From positions 1-50,617 of the forward strand of contig JAMDHS010000123.1 in assembly GCA_029717555.1 (NCBI GenBank): a stretch of 50,617 bases of DNA, read 5' to 3'. This DNA comes from Peribolospora baueri. Lineage: Eukaryota. Of the stretch, positions 38,114 through 50,617 are shown piece by piece; within the stretch, counting starts at the first letter, position 1; every line of letters begins with the position of its first letter. The position numbers and the translations under genes are program-made. The notes beneath the pieces were generated by a model, which saw only the letters and a list, made by a program, of their open reading frames with translations, searched no databases and was not told the origin of the DNA.

Positions 38114-39345
38114 ATGTCACTTTCCTTCAACCACTCTACAGATCCTTGGTCAAACGAAGGGGTAGGAGCAGGTGAGATAGCATGAGACTTGACGTATCAT
38201 GGAGGGCGATTCGGCGCATCGCTAACGAGTCCTCGAACCGACCCGGACCTGCTTCTCCTGTCTACAGCCCACCTCATTCAGCAATACTTCTACACTAGAA
38301 GGCATCTTCAATCACCACCCTTCCCTCTCAGTATCGACGAGCATTCTGGACAGCCACAAAATTGCGTCGAATATATGGTCGATGCTGGCCCGTCGAAAAA
38401 CCGAACCGAACACCCCGACAGGTCAGGCAGTCGTCGATCCCTGAAACCCGACGGCGAAAGGGGAGACGGCAGGCAAGATGGACCTTCATCCTCCTCAGAG
38501 CGGCCGTCCAGACCAAGAAGAGCTTGTGATCGTTGCAGGCACAACCATACTGGGTATGTGCTACACATATGATATCTCGACACGACTTGTTATGACATGC
38601 ACCCGAGAGCGCCCTCACTGAGTCGCTTTTCGATGGACTTCCTGCTTGGCATGTCTTCCGATACAGGTGCCTGCGAAAGGACAACCTCGAGGTACGGTGC
38701 CAGAGGTGCGTAAAATTTGACCTCATTTGCAGGTACGACAACGTCCTTGCACCACTTCCGCTCGAGGACGAAGAGCGCTCCACTGCCTCTTCGGTGTTTA
38801 CACCACGTAGCGAACAACAGATTGGCATTACAGACCTCGATCGTCTTCTCGGTCATCCCAGTTGGGGGAGTCCTCTTGACTTTTCCCAACTGGACGCCTA
38901 TGGCTGGCCTTCGTCTCTGCCCAGTATGAGCAACGTCCCAGCCGCTCCGAGGGAATTTCCAAACCCCTATCTAGCCGCCGCTATGGTCCCAAACCCAACC
39001 GTCGACATCGGTTCGGATGTTGCAACCAATTCGATGACGGCGCACCGTCCCGTTACCGTGGGGTTGCAGTCCTCGGCCAACATGAATAGCCTCGCTGGGG
39101 TGCCGCTGCCGCTCGCATGGGAAGCGGCGCTGGTATCACGGCCGACAAGTCATGGACCCTTAGATGCCGACGTGACGGACTGCGGAAAAAGAATGGTGAG
39201 TGAGGTTGACATGTGCTCAACTCAGCGTACATGTCGCGTCGCGTCTGATGAGAGGTCGACCGTTAATGACGATGTCTTCATCTTTCCACCCAGTGACAAC
39301 GTCATCCTCATCAGCATAACGTCCATGTCGGTTGTTCCTAGTTGA
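38114..39345 (+). CDS. Zn(II)2Cys6 transcription factor, short; start (38114 or 38375) and last exon uncertain
   Basis: Splicing GTATGT(38554)..CAG(38667) gives RRACDRCRHNHTGCLRKDNLEVRCQRCVKFDLIC = CX2CX6CX9CX2CX6C, in frame with ORF 38794. Confidence 0.8.
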
Positions 39346-39850
39346 GGCCAATTGTAATTGACATGTAGAGCGCTGTGAGATGTGCGCCGCGGCCGAGGAA
39401 GGTGCTCGCGACTTTCAGGGACTTTTCTCGATGCTGCTGATCGGAGGAAGGAGCAATGTATATTTTTATCGATCGTCTGCCATACCTCAATCTCAAGCAC
39501 AAAGTCTTGAAACAAGCTTGATTTCGTTCCAACCATGCATCTTCAAAACGCTACAACTAATCTAGCGCGCGATGCGATGAGACCGAGCAGTGGTACATCT
39601 TGGAACAACAGAGGGGGATGCGCATCGCCAAGACAAGACTGAAAGGGGAAGGGGGTCAGCGGGAGGATGGCGTTGGAGATTGGGGGGTCAGCGGGAGGAT
39701 GGCATGGCGGGGAAGGAAGCAAGCTGTGAACAAGACTCGAATCGATGGCTAGTTGCCCCTAGAACAAGATAGGCGTCGTGAGACCGTCGGAAACGGGCTC
39801 AGAAGGGAAGGGAAACGTCTGACCTAACCGGAGTCGAAAGAGTCGTTCGT

Positions 39851-42632
39851 TCACGACAGCATGCCGCCCACTGAGTGAAAGAAGAAGAAGACGATGCAGG
39901 GAGCCGGTCGTGCCCATCAGCTTACAAACATTTGCCTCAACAGAGCGAATCCAAGCTGATGCCGGTGGCTCCGGCACTCACTCGACCCAGCATACGCCAT
40001 CGGCCGCACCGGCGGATGAGGCTGCGCGTTGAATGTCCTGAAACCGAGCGTTCCGCGATCGTCGACGCGGATGAACGCGCCTTTGTTGCCCACTTGGTCC
40101 ACATAGTTGGGCGCCGAGAAGACCTGCATGGGCGGCGAAGATACCAAGAGGTTGGGAAAATATACGAGTGTATAATGAGTCGACTGTCGAGAAGAGAACG
40201 AACGTGAAGGAAGCACAGCGCCGTTTGCGCACCGTGATACACCGGCCGTCGTGCTCCTCCGCATAGCCGTCCTGTCGAACCTCGTGAGAGCGGATGACGG
40301 CGGTGACACCGTTGGCTTTGCACCATCTTTGGGTCACATCTGATCGAGTCATCGGTCGGAACGGCAATGAGAGGTATCCTCGTCAGTGAATGATAGTCAG
40401 GCAACAAGGACAGCCCAGCAAGTACTCAATCCAATGCGGTAGGGCCAAACACACCTGGTCCAAAGCCGAGTCCCACGCCGCGCTTGCTCGGTCCCCTTCC
40501 GGGCGCTATTTGCGGATCGGTCCAGAGGAGCTCGCCTATTAGAAAAAGATAGCAAAATTGGGCGTAGGGAAGGAAGAGCACATTTCTCACGGGTCAGCTC
40601 GTTAGTCTTCGTGATCGAGACCATAGCGTAGAACGCGCGAGAAGTAGGGGCCAAGCGGGGGTGCCAACTCACACATCAGCCCTTCATTCCCAGGCTGGCC
40701 TTGCCTTAACCTCTCCACCTTCCTAACATCCTCGAGTGTCACGTTGTCCTTGGAGAAGAGGCCACCGTGGACAACAAAGTACCGTTTTCGACCCGACTCG
40801 GAAAGGATCGGTTCTCGAATGGCGAGCGAGGCCGTGGAGGGGACGCTGGACGGGTCTACAGGCGGGAGCGACGAGGTGACGAGGGTCGCTAGTGGGACTG
40901 TGTGCAGCGCGAGAATCACAGACGTCCGGTTCAATGTCAAATCAAACACCTGGACGACAGATCGACAAACGGAATTATGTCTCGCCGCCGCGCTCAACAA
41001 ACTCACGCGCGACAAATGTCTCGGAGAAAAGCTTGAACGTCGTGTCACCGCCGAACTTGTGCTTACACTCGCCCTCGAAGCCGTACACTTTGTTCATGTC
41101 GGACGTCTCTGTGGATGCGGCACGACGCGGTGGACCGAGGAGGGAATCCGGTGGGTGAGATTGTCATATCCTGTAGGCCGCACTGTGCGCTGTAATGTGT
41201 TCTAGGCACTTACCGTGATTGCCACGGTTAATGAGAGTGGTCTTGGGATACAGCCCTAAGGGACGAATAAGACGACGATGAGTGACCGTCAAGAGCCCGT
41301 ACGGAAGAAGGTAAAGGAGTAATGAATAAATGAAGAAAGAAGGAACGATGAAGAAGGAGGAACGAAGAGGAAAGGAAGGAATTAGACCTCGCGAAAATGA
41401 CTCACACTTGTACGCAAAGATCGTCAAAGCGATCTCGACAGACCAGCTTCCGCGATCGACGAAGTCGCCGTTGAAGAGGAGCGCGTGGTCCTCGCTCGGC
41501 GGACCAGTCAAGGAGAGGAGGTATGCGAAATCGTAGAACTGTCCATGTGTGTCGCCGATGACGTCGACCGTAGTACCTTCCCTGACGATGTGCTCTACGA
41601 GTGACTCTTCCTTCACGAGTTGTCGTCGGGCGCCGAGGATGATGGCCCAAGCGTAGCGTAACGGTATGCCCTTGCCCGCCTTGAAGTGTTCCACCATGGC
41701 CTCCACGAATTCCTTCGTCACTCGGAACTCGCCCGGCTTGCCCTCAACCTCCTCCAACTTTGGGCCTTCGTACTCGCTAGGCAAAGCCGTCCCGCCAGTG
41801 CCCTCCGAAAGATGCTCAGTCGCGGTCTCCCACGCACCTTTCTGCTCTGGAGCGGCGATGGCGCGCTCGAACTCAAGCCTGCGCACAAGCTTGGTCGTCG
41901 CATCTAGCTGGGCACGTATTGTCCGGTTGTTTGGCTCAAGCTCAAGCACCCGGCGCAAGTCTGGGAGGGCTGCCTTGGGCTGGATAATGGAAAGGTTGGA
42001 GGTGGCGCGTCGGTAGTACGCCTTGACGAAGTTGGGATCGATTTCAATCGCTTTCGCTAGAGAGAGCAGAGAAGACAACAGCAGAGGAGGGTTGGCACAA
42101 TATGTTAATCTCCAAACGCTCAAAGCTTCGAACGCCGGGCCGTGACGACTCACTCGCATCTGCGATGGCCAGTCCGTGCTGCTCCAGCTTGATCTCGCAA
42201 GCCCTGAAATGGGTAATGAGACGATCTCACTCTTGAGCAAGGAAGACACAGATCGCGCCATACGCGCGGGCAAAAGGGATCCACCACTTCCTTCTACCCT
42301 TTTTCTCCCTTCACTCACGCTCTATTGCTGTACAAAGCCGCGCTCTTGGGCCACAACGCGATGGCGAGGCCATACTTCTCCTTGGCTCCGGAAAAGTTCG
42401 ATTTCCCAAAAAGGGCGTTTCCTTCCTTCTTGAGCTCGTCCGCTTTCCGTTGCCGCTCCTCCTCGTCAAATGCCTCTGCTTCGGGTGGAGGTCCCTTGGC
42501 GTCAGCCTCGGCCAGCGGTGTCGTCTTTGCAGGGTCTTCGGAGAGAGACATGGCGGAGATGGAGGTGGCTGGCGTAGAGGCCGCTGAGCTTCCTGACAGA
42601 CTCGGTGAAGCTGGCTCTGATGAGTCGGCCAT
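39851..42632 (-). CDS. PPT1: Ser/Thr protein phosphatase 5 (TPR + PPP domain)
   Basis: TPR repeats ([21 protein letters not shown]), [42 protein letters not shown]; ends AYAGSMGGMLS*. Confidence 0.95.
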
Positions 42633-42981
42633 GGCGTCGGGCAGTGCTGTCGGTGGACGGGTTGCGAGCAACGCCAAGTCGAGTCGCGAGTCGTTAGTTC
42701 TCGACGAGGTGATTGCGAACCGGCGGCGAAGAATGCACCTTAACCCTAATTGTACAAAACTCCAGGCATTTTAATCGTCCTAATCAGATCGGCGGATTCA
42801 ACATCTTCCACTCATGACGCTCCATTCTATGTCGCCTCTGTCCAGCATTTCTACAGACGGGGCCTACCTGCCCTTCGGGTAATAAGGGTTCGTCATGCAT
42901 TGACCCGTCATGCCTCTACCGCTCCCATCCCACCTATACGCGCATGTACGCGGCCATGCTTAGCTAATGTACAGAAGAACT

Positions 42982-44100
42982 TCAAGCATCCCGCATCTCG
43001 GCCTCAGGAGCAGCCGAGATACCTCCCTCGCCTCCTTCTGACGGCTTGGCAAGACCATGAAGCGCCAGAAGGCGGTCAATGTCGTGTGGACGGAAGATGC
43101 GCGGAAGTGGCTTGCCGTCGCTGTCGAGCGTGAGTGTCGCGAACTCGACTGGTGGGGGGTGAGAAAGAAATAGAGAGAAACCATTCATAATCGGCATGTA
43201 AGCTTTCCTCGCGACAAAAATGCTCTGCCCGAGGTCGACCAGCCCGAGATCGATCAGACTCACGCTTCTCCGAATCGAGAGTGGTGCTGTCCATGGTCTT
43301 GCTGAGAATTTTGACGGCTAGGCCCATGGCTTCCCTGATCCCGATGCCGTCCTTATAGTCCTGCTTGAGCAAGCTCGTCGCCGTCCCGCTGTTGGCGCCG
43401 ATGCATGTGGCCTTCCAACCGGAGTAGTTGCCAGACGGGTCGGAGTGGTACAACTGGAACTGGTGGTGTGCGTCGTAGCCGGCGTAGAGGAAGGAGACGC
43501 CGAAGGGCCGGAGACCGCCGTACTGTGTGTAACCTTGCTTGAGGTCACAGAGCCTTTGGCAGAGCTGCTCTACGGGGATATCGTCGTCGTACGAAATCAG
43601 ATATCGTTGTGCCGCATTGCGAGCGTAGTTCACCAATGAGTTGGCGTCAGCTGTGATGCCTGCTACCCCTGCCAGCACGTTGCTGGTGGGGGTAGAGGTT
43701 AGGCGGTAAGGGTGAGCAAACGCCACGGCGCAAAACAGCTGGGAAGATTCATGTCACTTACTCATTGAGCATGTAAATTTTCTCCGAGCTGGTATCCTTC
43801 TCGAGCAACTTGCTCGTCACTTTCTTCTCCGCCGCGAGGACCACACCGTCTTTCGCCAGGATGCCGATCACCGTACCCGCGTGCGAGATGGCTTCCATCG
43901 CGTATTCGACTGCATCCAGTCAAGGAAAACAACGACGGCAAGGTCAGCATGTAAAAGGTCAGGGGTGTTGAGACAACTTTTGCCCAAGTGTCGCATGAGG
44001 CAAGAATTGCTCTCGCTTCCGGGCACTTAACTGACTGACCCTGGTACAGCCGGCCCTCCGGCGAGAAGGTGGTTGTGCGTGAGTCATAACGCCTGGACAT
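42982..44100 (-). CDS. PRE9: 20S proteasome subunit alpha-3
   Basis: [66 protein letters not shown]. Confidence 0.96.
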
Positions 44101-44403
44101 CGTGAGCGTCAAGCAAGAGGTGGGGAAGGTGTTGAAGGTGGAGCAGAGAGCGAGGCGGAGGAGAGGAAGCGGTGATGAGGAGTCCAGGTGGTGTCCGGAG
44201 GAAGAAGCGTTGCTGCTTGATCTGATCGGAGGACGCGCGTACCAGGAACGCCCTTGGCGCACTTAAGCGGTGATCACCGGTCTTTCGCCGCTGGGGCGGA
44301 CGAGCGAGCGATCAGACAGACGTCGACATCTTGTCTCTATACTCTCTCCTTCCTACTCCCACTCTTTCTTCTTTCCGTTTGTCTTTTGGGATCCTCTGCA
44401 GCC

Positions 44404-45772
44404 ATGTCCTGGTGAGTGTTGGTCATACTTCTAATTGGTATATCTATATATAGCGCTGCTGACCAACGTCCCCGTCGCGCCCGTATCACTGGGCCCAGGG
44501 GTGGATTCAAGAAGAGTATCAACAGGGCGGGGACGACGTTGATGCAGAAGACGGGGCAGGTGGAACGCACGGTGGATACCGAGTTCAAGGATGAGGAGAC
44601 GCGATACAAGAGGTGAGTGGATCTTCGGATGTAGGGGCAGCGAGCCATTACCTGATCGATCCGCGGGCCGCCTGACTGACGGCGTGTGTTTATTTGGTCG
44701 CCTTGGGCTTCAGGCTGGAGAAGGAATGCCTGGACCTTCAGAAACATGCCAAGGCCTATCTTGACTCCATTCGAAGTGAGCCGCCATGATTCCGTAGAAC
44801 GTGTGTCCTCTTGGTTCCCACTCGCGCATCTGATCGGATTTCCTCTGCCACCCCCGAAACCCCCCGCCCTGCCCAGCAATGACCTCTGCCCAATCCCGCC
44901 TGGCCGAAACGATTGACGGCTTCTACTCGGACAATTCGGACGCTGCGATGGCCGGACACGCCTACAGGCGGGCTGTCGAGGAACTCGACTCGAAATCGGC
45001 TCGGGAGCTCGACACGCCCTACAGGGCGACGGTGCTTGAGCCAATTGGAAAGCTGTGCAGTTTCTTCCCTGAGATTAACAATACGATCTCGAAGAGACAT
45101 AAGAAGGTGAGAGAACCGGTCTATATGCCCGGGCCGAATTCCGCCAAACTTCGTACGCCGGTGTGAAGGAGGAAACGGCGAGGGTCGCCTGACCGAATCT
45201 TTCTTTCGACCTGCCTACTCTCGCACATCGCACATCCTACCCCACCATCGACCGCAAACATTCACTTGCCAGCTCCTCGACTACGACGCCGCCCGCTCCA
45301 AGCACCGAAAGTTGCTCGAGAAGCCATCTGAAGACCCGACGAAGCTGCCGCGAGCAGAGAAGGAGTTGGATGACACCAAGGCCGTCTTCGAGGCGATGAA
45401 CGAACAGCTCCTCACCGAGCTTCCTCAGCTCCTCGACCTCCGCGTGCCTTACCTTGATCCCTCCTTCGAGGCGATGGTCAGGATGCAGTGTCGGTTTGCC
45501 GAGGAGGGCTACGAGAAACTTGGCGGAGTACAGAGGTTCTTCGCCGAGGGTGTTAGAGAGGAGTATGCGGAAGGGCAGTTGGATGCACAGGTGAGTTACC
45601 TCCTGAATCGTCATCTCGTCTCGCTTCATGGACAAATCGAGGATCGAATTCAGTCTCTCATTCATTTCCTCCCGTCCTACTTCTGTTTCCCGATTTCGAC
45701 GATTTCGCAACGCAGGTCGAGGGCGTTCTCCAGGAGATGCGAGATCTGTCCATTTGCGGGCTGAACCAGTAG
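44404..45772 (+). CDS. RVS161: N-BAR amphiphysin Rvs161/Hob3
   Basis: MSWGGFKKSINRAGT, KRHKKLLDYDAARSK, ELPQLLDLRVPYLDPSFEAMVRMQ; ends MRDLSICGLNQ*; no SH3 domain. Confidence 0.93.
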
Positions 45773-46142
45773 TTCTCGCCTCCAATTCTTCCCGTCCCTT
45801 TCTTCTCCACCCTCTCTACTCTTTTTCTCGTCACCCGCCGTCCCGGGCTCTTGTACGTATTAGACTGGAGTCGTCTGCTCGCCGCTCGGAATTTGGACGG
45901 ACACCATCGTGTGCTACTTTGCCATCATCAACTGGTTCTCTGGTCTTCCGATCGAGCGCACCGGCACACCAGATTACTAGTGAAGTGAGGCTGCTGCGAA
46001 GGTCGTGTCCGCGTGCTCGAGACGAAACCGAAACTAACATTTTGGCTATGGAAGGACAAATAAGGACCGACTGTACGCGAATGCCATAGTACCTTGTCAT
46101 GCCTCCGGAGCACGAGACGGAATGACGGACGGACAAATGGGA

Positions 46143-47175
46143 TCACTTGTTATGCCACAGCAACGTCCTGAGGCTGTTCCAGCTATCCGAGTCCTTGTAG
46201 AGGTATTGCATCGAGTTGACCATGCCACCCTGGAGCGTCTTTCGTCGGTTCTCGAACAGCCACATCACAGCCGCCCAGACGAGCGCGGCGGTGACAGTGA
46301 AGTGTTTTGACGAGGGCGGCACAGGACGATCGGAGGGTGGCGGATAAGTGTCGGGCTGGGCCCGCGGGAGGAAAGAAAAGACGACGCGAGACAGGACATA
46401 GAGGACGATCTGCGAACGCAAGGGCAGCCGATGAACTTCAGGCTACCCACGCCTTCGATTTTGTTTGGCCCACCTCCGCGGAAACGATCAGTCGGCTCGA
46501 CTCAACTCACCTGTTCGTTCACAGCATTTCTCTCGCCAAACACGGCCCACCCGCCCACCAAGCCGGCGAAGAAGGGATCCAGAGTGCGCTGTTTGCCGGC
46601 ATTCAGTTTGCGCTGGAGGAGTAGGAGGGTTTTGTAGATGGTGACGAACTTGCACAGGTTAAGCGAGTGTTGCTTCGTCGCGCGGAGGATAGCTATGGAG
46701 CGGGTCTTGATGCTAACGTCCACAGGAACAGGAGCCGGTCAAGGAAAGGAAGGCGCACAATTGAACGGGATGGAGAGGCGGGGGTGAATTAGGTTCCCAT
46801 GACGGAGCCACCTCTCGACCTGCTCTTCTCCCTCCTCCAATCGACAAACTCACTCTCCCCGTCCAAACAAGGTCTGCATGACGAGAGCGTGAGGAAAGCG
46901 AATCTTGGCGCCGTAGACCAGGCCATTTCGGGCTCCCTGAAAGCGGACAGCAGGAATGTGGTCATGAAGGTAAAAGGTATCACTCAGTGTCTGCGTCGCT
47001 CTTGAGATGCTCGCAAAACATTGCTCCAGCCTCGAAAAGCACGAAATTGTTCCTATGACAGGTACGCTCTGACACCACCACGCCCGCTCACCTTGAGAAT
47101 AGCGAGGTAGTCAGAATACCTAGGATCGGACAGGACGGGGGTCAAGCTCGCGTCCAGCTTCCGTAGGGCTTCCAT
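46143..47175 (-). CDS. Peroxisomal membrane protein 4 (PXMP4/PMP24, Tim17 family)
   Basis: LAILK|GARNGLVYGAKIRFPHALVM, ATKQHSLNL, FFAGLVGG, VNEQIVLYVLSR, SMQYLY.DS.SW.SLRTLLWHNK. Confidence 0.9.
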
Positions 47176-47530
47176 CGCCGCAGTGAAGATAAAGACCGAA
47201 GTCTACGATAAGCAAAAAAAGGTATGGAAACAACGAAGACGACGGCGCCGGTCGAGAGACCGTCTAAGAGTGATCAAAGAGCAGAGGACGTCGAAGGAGG
47301 AAGATGGACAAGGACAACAGGTCGTGACGGATTCGGTGGCCAGACACTGACGGAGTAAGTCGCGGGGAACGGAGCCGCAGTCGGTCCGGCGCCCCAATTG
47401 GCCGGCGGCCGGTTGAGCGTGGAAGCGAACCGATCGGGTACCTATAGGGTCAAATGATCACGTGCCAGGACTGGTCCCGCCGCAGTCGGACGTCCTCTCA
47501 GGCCTGACCGACGACGAAGGTCGGACGACG

Positions 47531-48124
47531 ATGCCTGCGCAAGCCATGGCACCCGGACCATCACGAGGACGGCCACAGCCGCCGCCCGGGCGGAGCAAGA
47601 GCGTCTTCCAGAGCTATTTAGGTGAGCTGAGCCGAGCAAAGTTGGGCTTGCCCAGTCGCCGTGTCTTCTTCGTCGTCAGTCTCCGCTTCGAGTTAGCGAC
47701 TCGAATGCCTCTGAGATCGCTTTGCTCGAGCTTCGACTGTCTCCCTGGTTCGATAACACATGGGACAGTAAAGTGACTGACCGTCCTGTCTCTGTCCTCT
47801 ATCCTGCTTTGCTTGTTTCCTTGCTTCTCTGCTGATCGCACTTTCGTGGACGGAAAAGGCCTCCCACCCCGCACGCGCATGTATATTGGCCTGACTTTTG
47901 TTGGAATCGCTCTCGCGGGCATGTACGTCTCGGACCGACTGGAGGAAAGGTTTCCCGCGGCGGAGGCCGGTCGAGCTGCTGGTGGTGTCTCTCAACCCAC
48001 ACAGGGCGTCACGGGAGGGGCGGCAGAAGGAGGGAGGCTGTTTTCCATTTCGGTCGTCGACAGCGACGAGAGAAGGAGGGCCATGTCCCCCGCCGGACGA
48101 GGGGAGCAAGCCGACGGGAGGTAA
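47531..48124 (+). CDS. Small single-pass membrane protein of unknown function, 2 exons
   Basis: MPAQAM..SVFQSYL|GLPPRTRMYIGLTFVGIALAGMYVSDRLEERFP..; GTGAGC donor at ~47622 and AAG acceptor at ~47858 keep the frame. Confidence 0.65.
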
Positions 48125-48342
48125 CGGTAGGAGCTAGCCAAAGCAAGTCGACCTTCTAAGAGACAAGCAGACGGGTATTACCGTCATGTTCCCATCAGCC
48201 AGCCCGGGCAAGTCTAGTATGATTCGACTGCGTGCAAAAATTACTCGCGCTTCTCGTATGCATCAACAATTTCCCATTCCTAGAAATAAAAGAGAAGCGA
48301 CGACGGAGCGAGCCAAACAGCCGACACGGAGAAATAAATCTT

Positions 48343-50580
48343 TCACTCTCGCATATCCACTTCCACGCTCTTGTACACCTTTCCACTCTTCCGTCTTGTC
48401 CTCTCCCTCTCGCCCCTCAGCCTCCTCCACCGTCTCTGCAACCACTTGATGAGCCTCACCGCACGAGGTACACCCCACTTCTCGAATGCGAATGAGAGCA
48501 GGGTGTTGACGAGGACGATGAATAGGAGCTGGTAGTGAAAGGAGCGCGGGAAGTGGACAAGGCCGAGGATGTCGAAGAGGAAGCCGGATGGTACGAAGAG
48601 GAAGTAGAGAGAGAGGAGGGAAAGGCACACAAGGGACGCCACCAGAAGGGCTATCGATAAAAGAGAGGACAGAATGTGCATCCTGTCAGCTATAACGCGA
48701 AAACAGAGCTAAAGAGATCTAAATTACTTACGATTGGTGTAGATCGGCTTCCGGTACGGGGGACCCACGCTGAAAACAGCGGCGACGACGATGTACTGGA
48801 AGGAGGAGACCATGAACAGCGCAGAGTTCTCTGGGTTCACCACGTTCAGCTCGTCCGGCTTGACCTTTGGAGGTGTGTACCTGGCGAACGGGAAAATATT
48901 GCAAAAACAGAAACAGCGGGACCTTGAGAACGTGCTCCGAGGTGAAGGAAAGAGCGGATAGAACTTGTTCGTTGCCGCTCACCAAGGCTGGTTCCTAACG
49001 TGGAAGAACACGAACGCCTGTATGGCGGCACATATGACCACCTGCCCCATCATAGATGCAAGCACCTTTTTTGATACGAGGTTTGCCGTCGGCCGTTTGG
49101 GATGGATCTTGGGGTAGGGGTGCGTGCGAGACACTTGACATCGCGACAGACAAGCAGTGGGGAAGACTCGTTAGCTGGGCTGAAGTCTAGGAGCTTCTAG
49201 GAGCTTGCATCCACGGAACGAACACCACCCGTTCACTCACTCGCTACGGCCGTCGGGAGGATGATGAACAGGTCGATGTAAAGGAACTGGAAGTCTCCAA
49301 GCGACGAGGCGAAGGAGTAGAGGATGGTGATGGTTGTGAACTGGATCAGAGAGTAGAGGGCCCTGCGGCGCGATGATGGAAAAGAAGCAAGGGGGCCGCT
49401 CAGTTCACATTGTCGTCGCTGGCGTGACTGGTAAAGTCGCGTACAAGCAAGAAAAAAACAGTGCCGGTGCAAACAAGACGTCCCTCCTACAAGGACTTAC
49501 ATGTATTTGAAGCAGCTGAAGGATGTCACGAGTGCCGCCCTTCCCTCCTTGATGACCTCGATTACGCAGGAGATATCCGGCGACCTGCTCGTGAACGGTG
49601 CGGCAACCGATGCCTCCGCCTCGGAGAGTGAGATGCCAACATCGGCCGCCTTGAGCGCTCCGCAATCGTTCGCACCATCTCCGCAGAAGCCGACAGTATA
49701 GCCGAGACCTTGGAGACGCTCGACGAGCTCGTGCTTCTCGTCAGGGGACATGCGTGCAAAGATCTGGCTCTTGATGAGCATCCTCCGCAGCGTCTCCAGC
49801 GGCGCATAGTCGATCATCCACCTGAACACGTCCCCCGTCACGGCAAGTTGGTAATCTTGGAGACCTATATGCTCGAACGCGGCCCCGTGATGCGTCGGCA
49901 GCTCGAGCGGCTTGAGACTGTACGGATCCAGCTTGAGTCGCTCATCGTCCACGCTCGTCCATTCCAGAGCCGATCGGGGTAAAGTCGGTCCGCCCTCGGT
50001 GAACGTCGGCATAAAGATGTGAGCGGACTGTCCCACCATGTGACACTCTCTCGCGACGCTGATGGCCGTGCGCAGGTTGTCACCGGTGCACATCTTGCAC
50101 ACGAGGTGCGCCTTGAGCAGCGTGTCCATCGCTGGGATGGTGCCGGATTTGAGCTTGTTCTCGAAGATGATCAGACCGAGGAAGCGCAGTCCGCTCTCGG
50201 CTTGCTCGCGCTTCATGCGCTGAGCTTTGATCCAGCTCATGCCTTGCATCGTTTTGCCAGCGCAGGCGATGACACGGTAGCCGTGGTGAGTATAGTAGGA
50301 CAGCAGGTCGTCGTAGTCCTCCGGGACTACAATTTCCGGTAGGTACAAATTGACGAAGAATCGCAGTTAGCCAAGTATTGTGGTCCCTCTTCTGTCCACT
50401 TCCGAAACCAATCTACTCACAGGAGTCCGGATCGCAAATATCCGCCATGACCTCCGGCGCACCCTTGGCATAAATCTCCATTGACTGCGACTTGAGGCGT
50501 TTCACAACGACGCTCATCCGACGAAGGGACGACGCAAACTCGAAGGTGCGGATAACGCCCAATTCAAGGAAGTGCGCGTG
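48343..50580 (-). CDS. YPK9: P5B-type ATPase (Ypk9/ATP13A2-like polyamine transporter), 3' part; the gene continues beyond the window
   Basis: [91 protein letters not shown]. Confidence 0.93.
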
Positions 50581-50598
50581 CTATCGATGTAATATCCC

Positions 50599-50614
50599 GG
50601 GGGGGGGGGGGGGG
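50599..50614. repeat. Poly-G tract (16 nt) inside a YPK9 intron
   Basis: Read directly at the window end. Confidence 0.85.
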
Positions 50615-50617
50615 AGA

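Noticed and set aside
1..50617. TGA-CTA readthrough-generated cryptic PTS1 isoforms, mobile elements, tRNA/rRNA
   Set aside because: The stop contexts of the called genes lack TGA CTA. No transposase/RT motifs, TIR or LTR pairs, cloverleafs or rRNA sequence were recognised by eye.

Overview
Intron-rich, GC-rich fungal genomic DNA, most likely a basidiomycete (short GT-AG introns with CTRAC-like branch points). I reconstructed about 20 spliced protein-coding genes by joining ORF fragments across introns: a 4-TM MARVEL-like protein, a queuosine-salvage (QNG1/DUF2419)-like hydrolase, P5A-ATPase Spf1, an acidic/basic nucleolar-like protein, a hypothetical protein, two ACS-type MFS transporters, an FAH-superfamily hydrolase ending in a PTS1, a class II DAHP synthase, choline/ethanolamine kinase, TFIIF-beta, a SRAP/HMCES protein, a DUF1348 protein, a Zn2Cys6 transcription factor, PP5/Ppt1, proteasome alpha-3, Rvs161/Hob3, PXMP4, a small single-TM protein and the 3' part of P5B-ATPase Ypk9. 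No rRNA, tRNA, CRISPR or intact transposon is visible. The region is mostly housekeeping. The best leads are two small candidate metabolic modules (DUF1348 + MFS + Zn2Cys6; MFS + peroxisomal FAH + DAHPS-II), a Spf1 start codon split by an intron, and a divergent QNG1-like enzyme. Family assignments come from motif recognition only; no searches were run.
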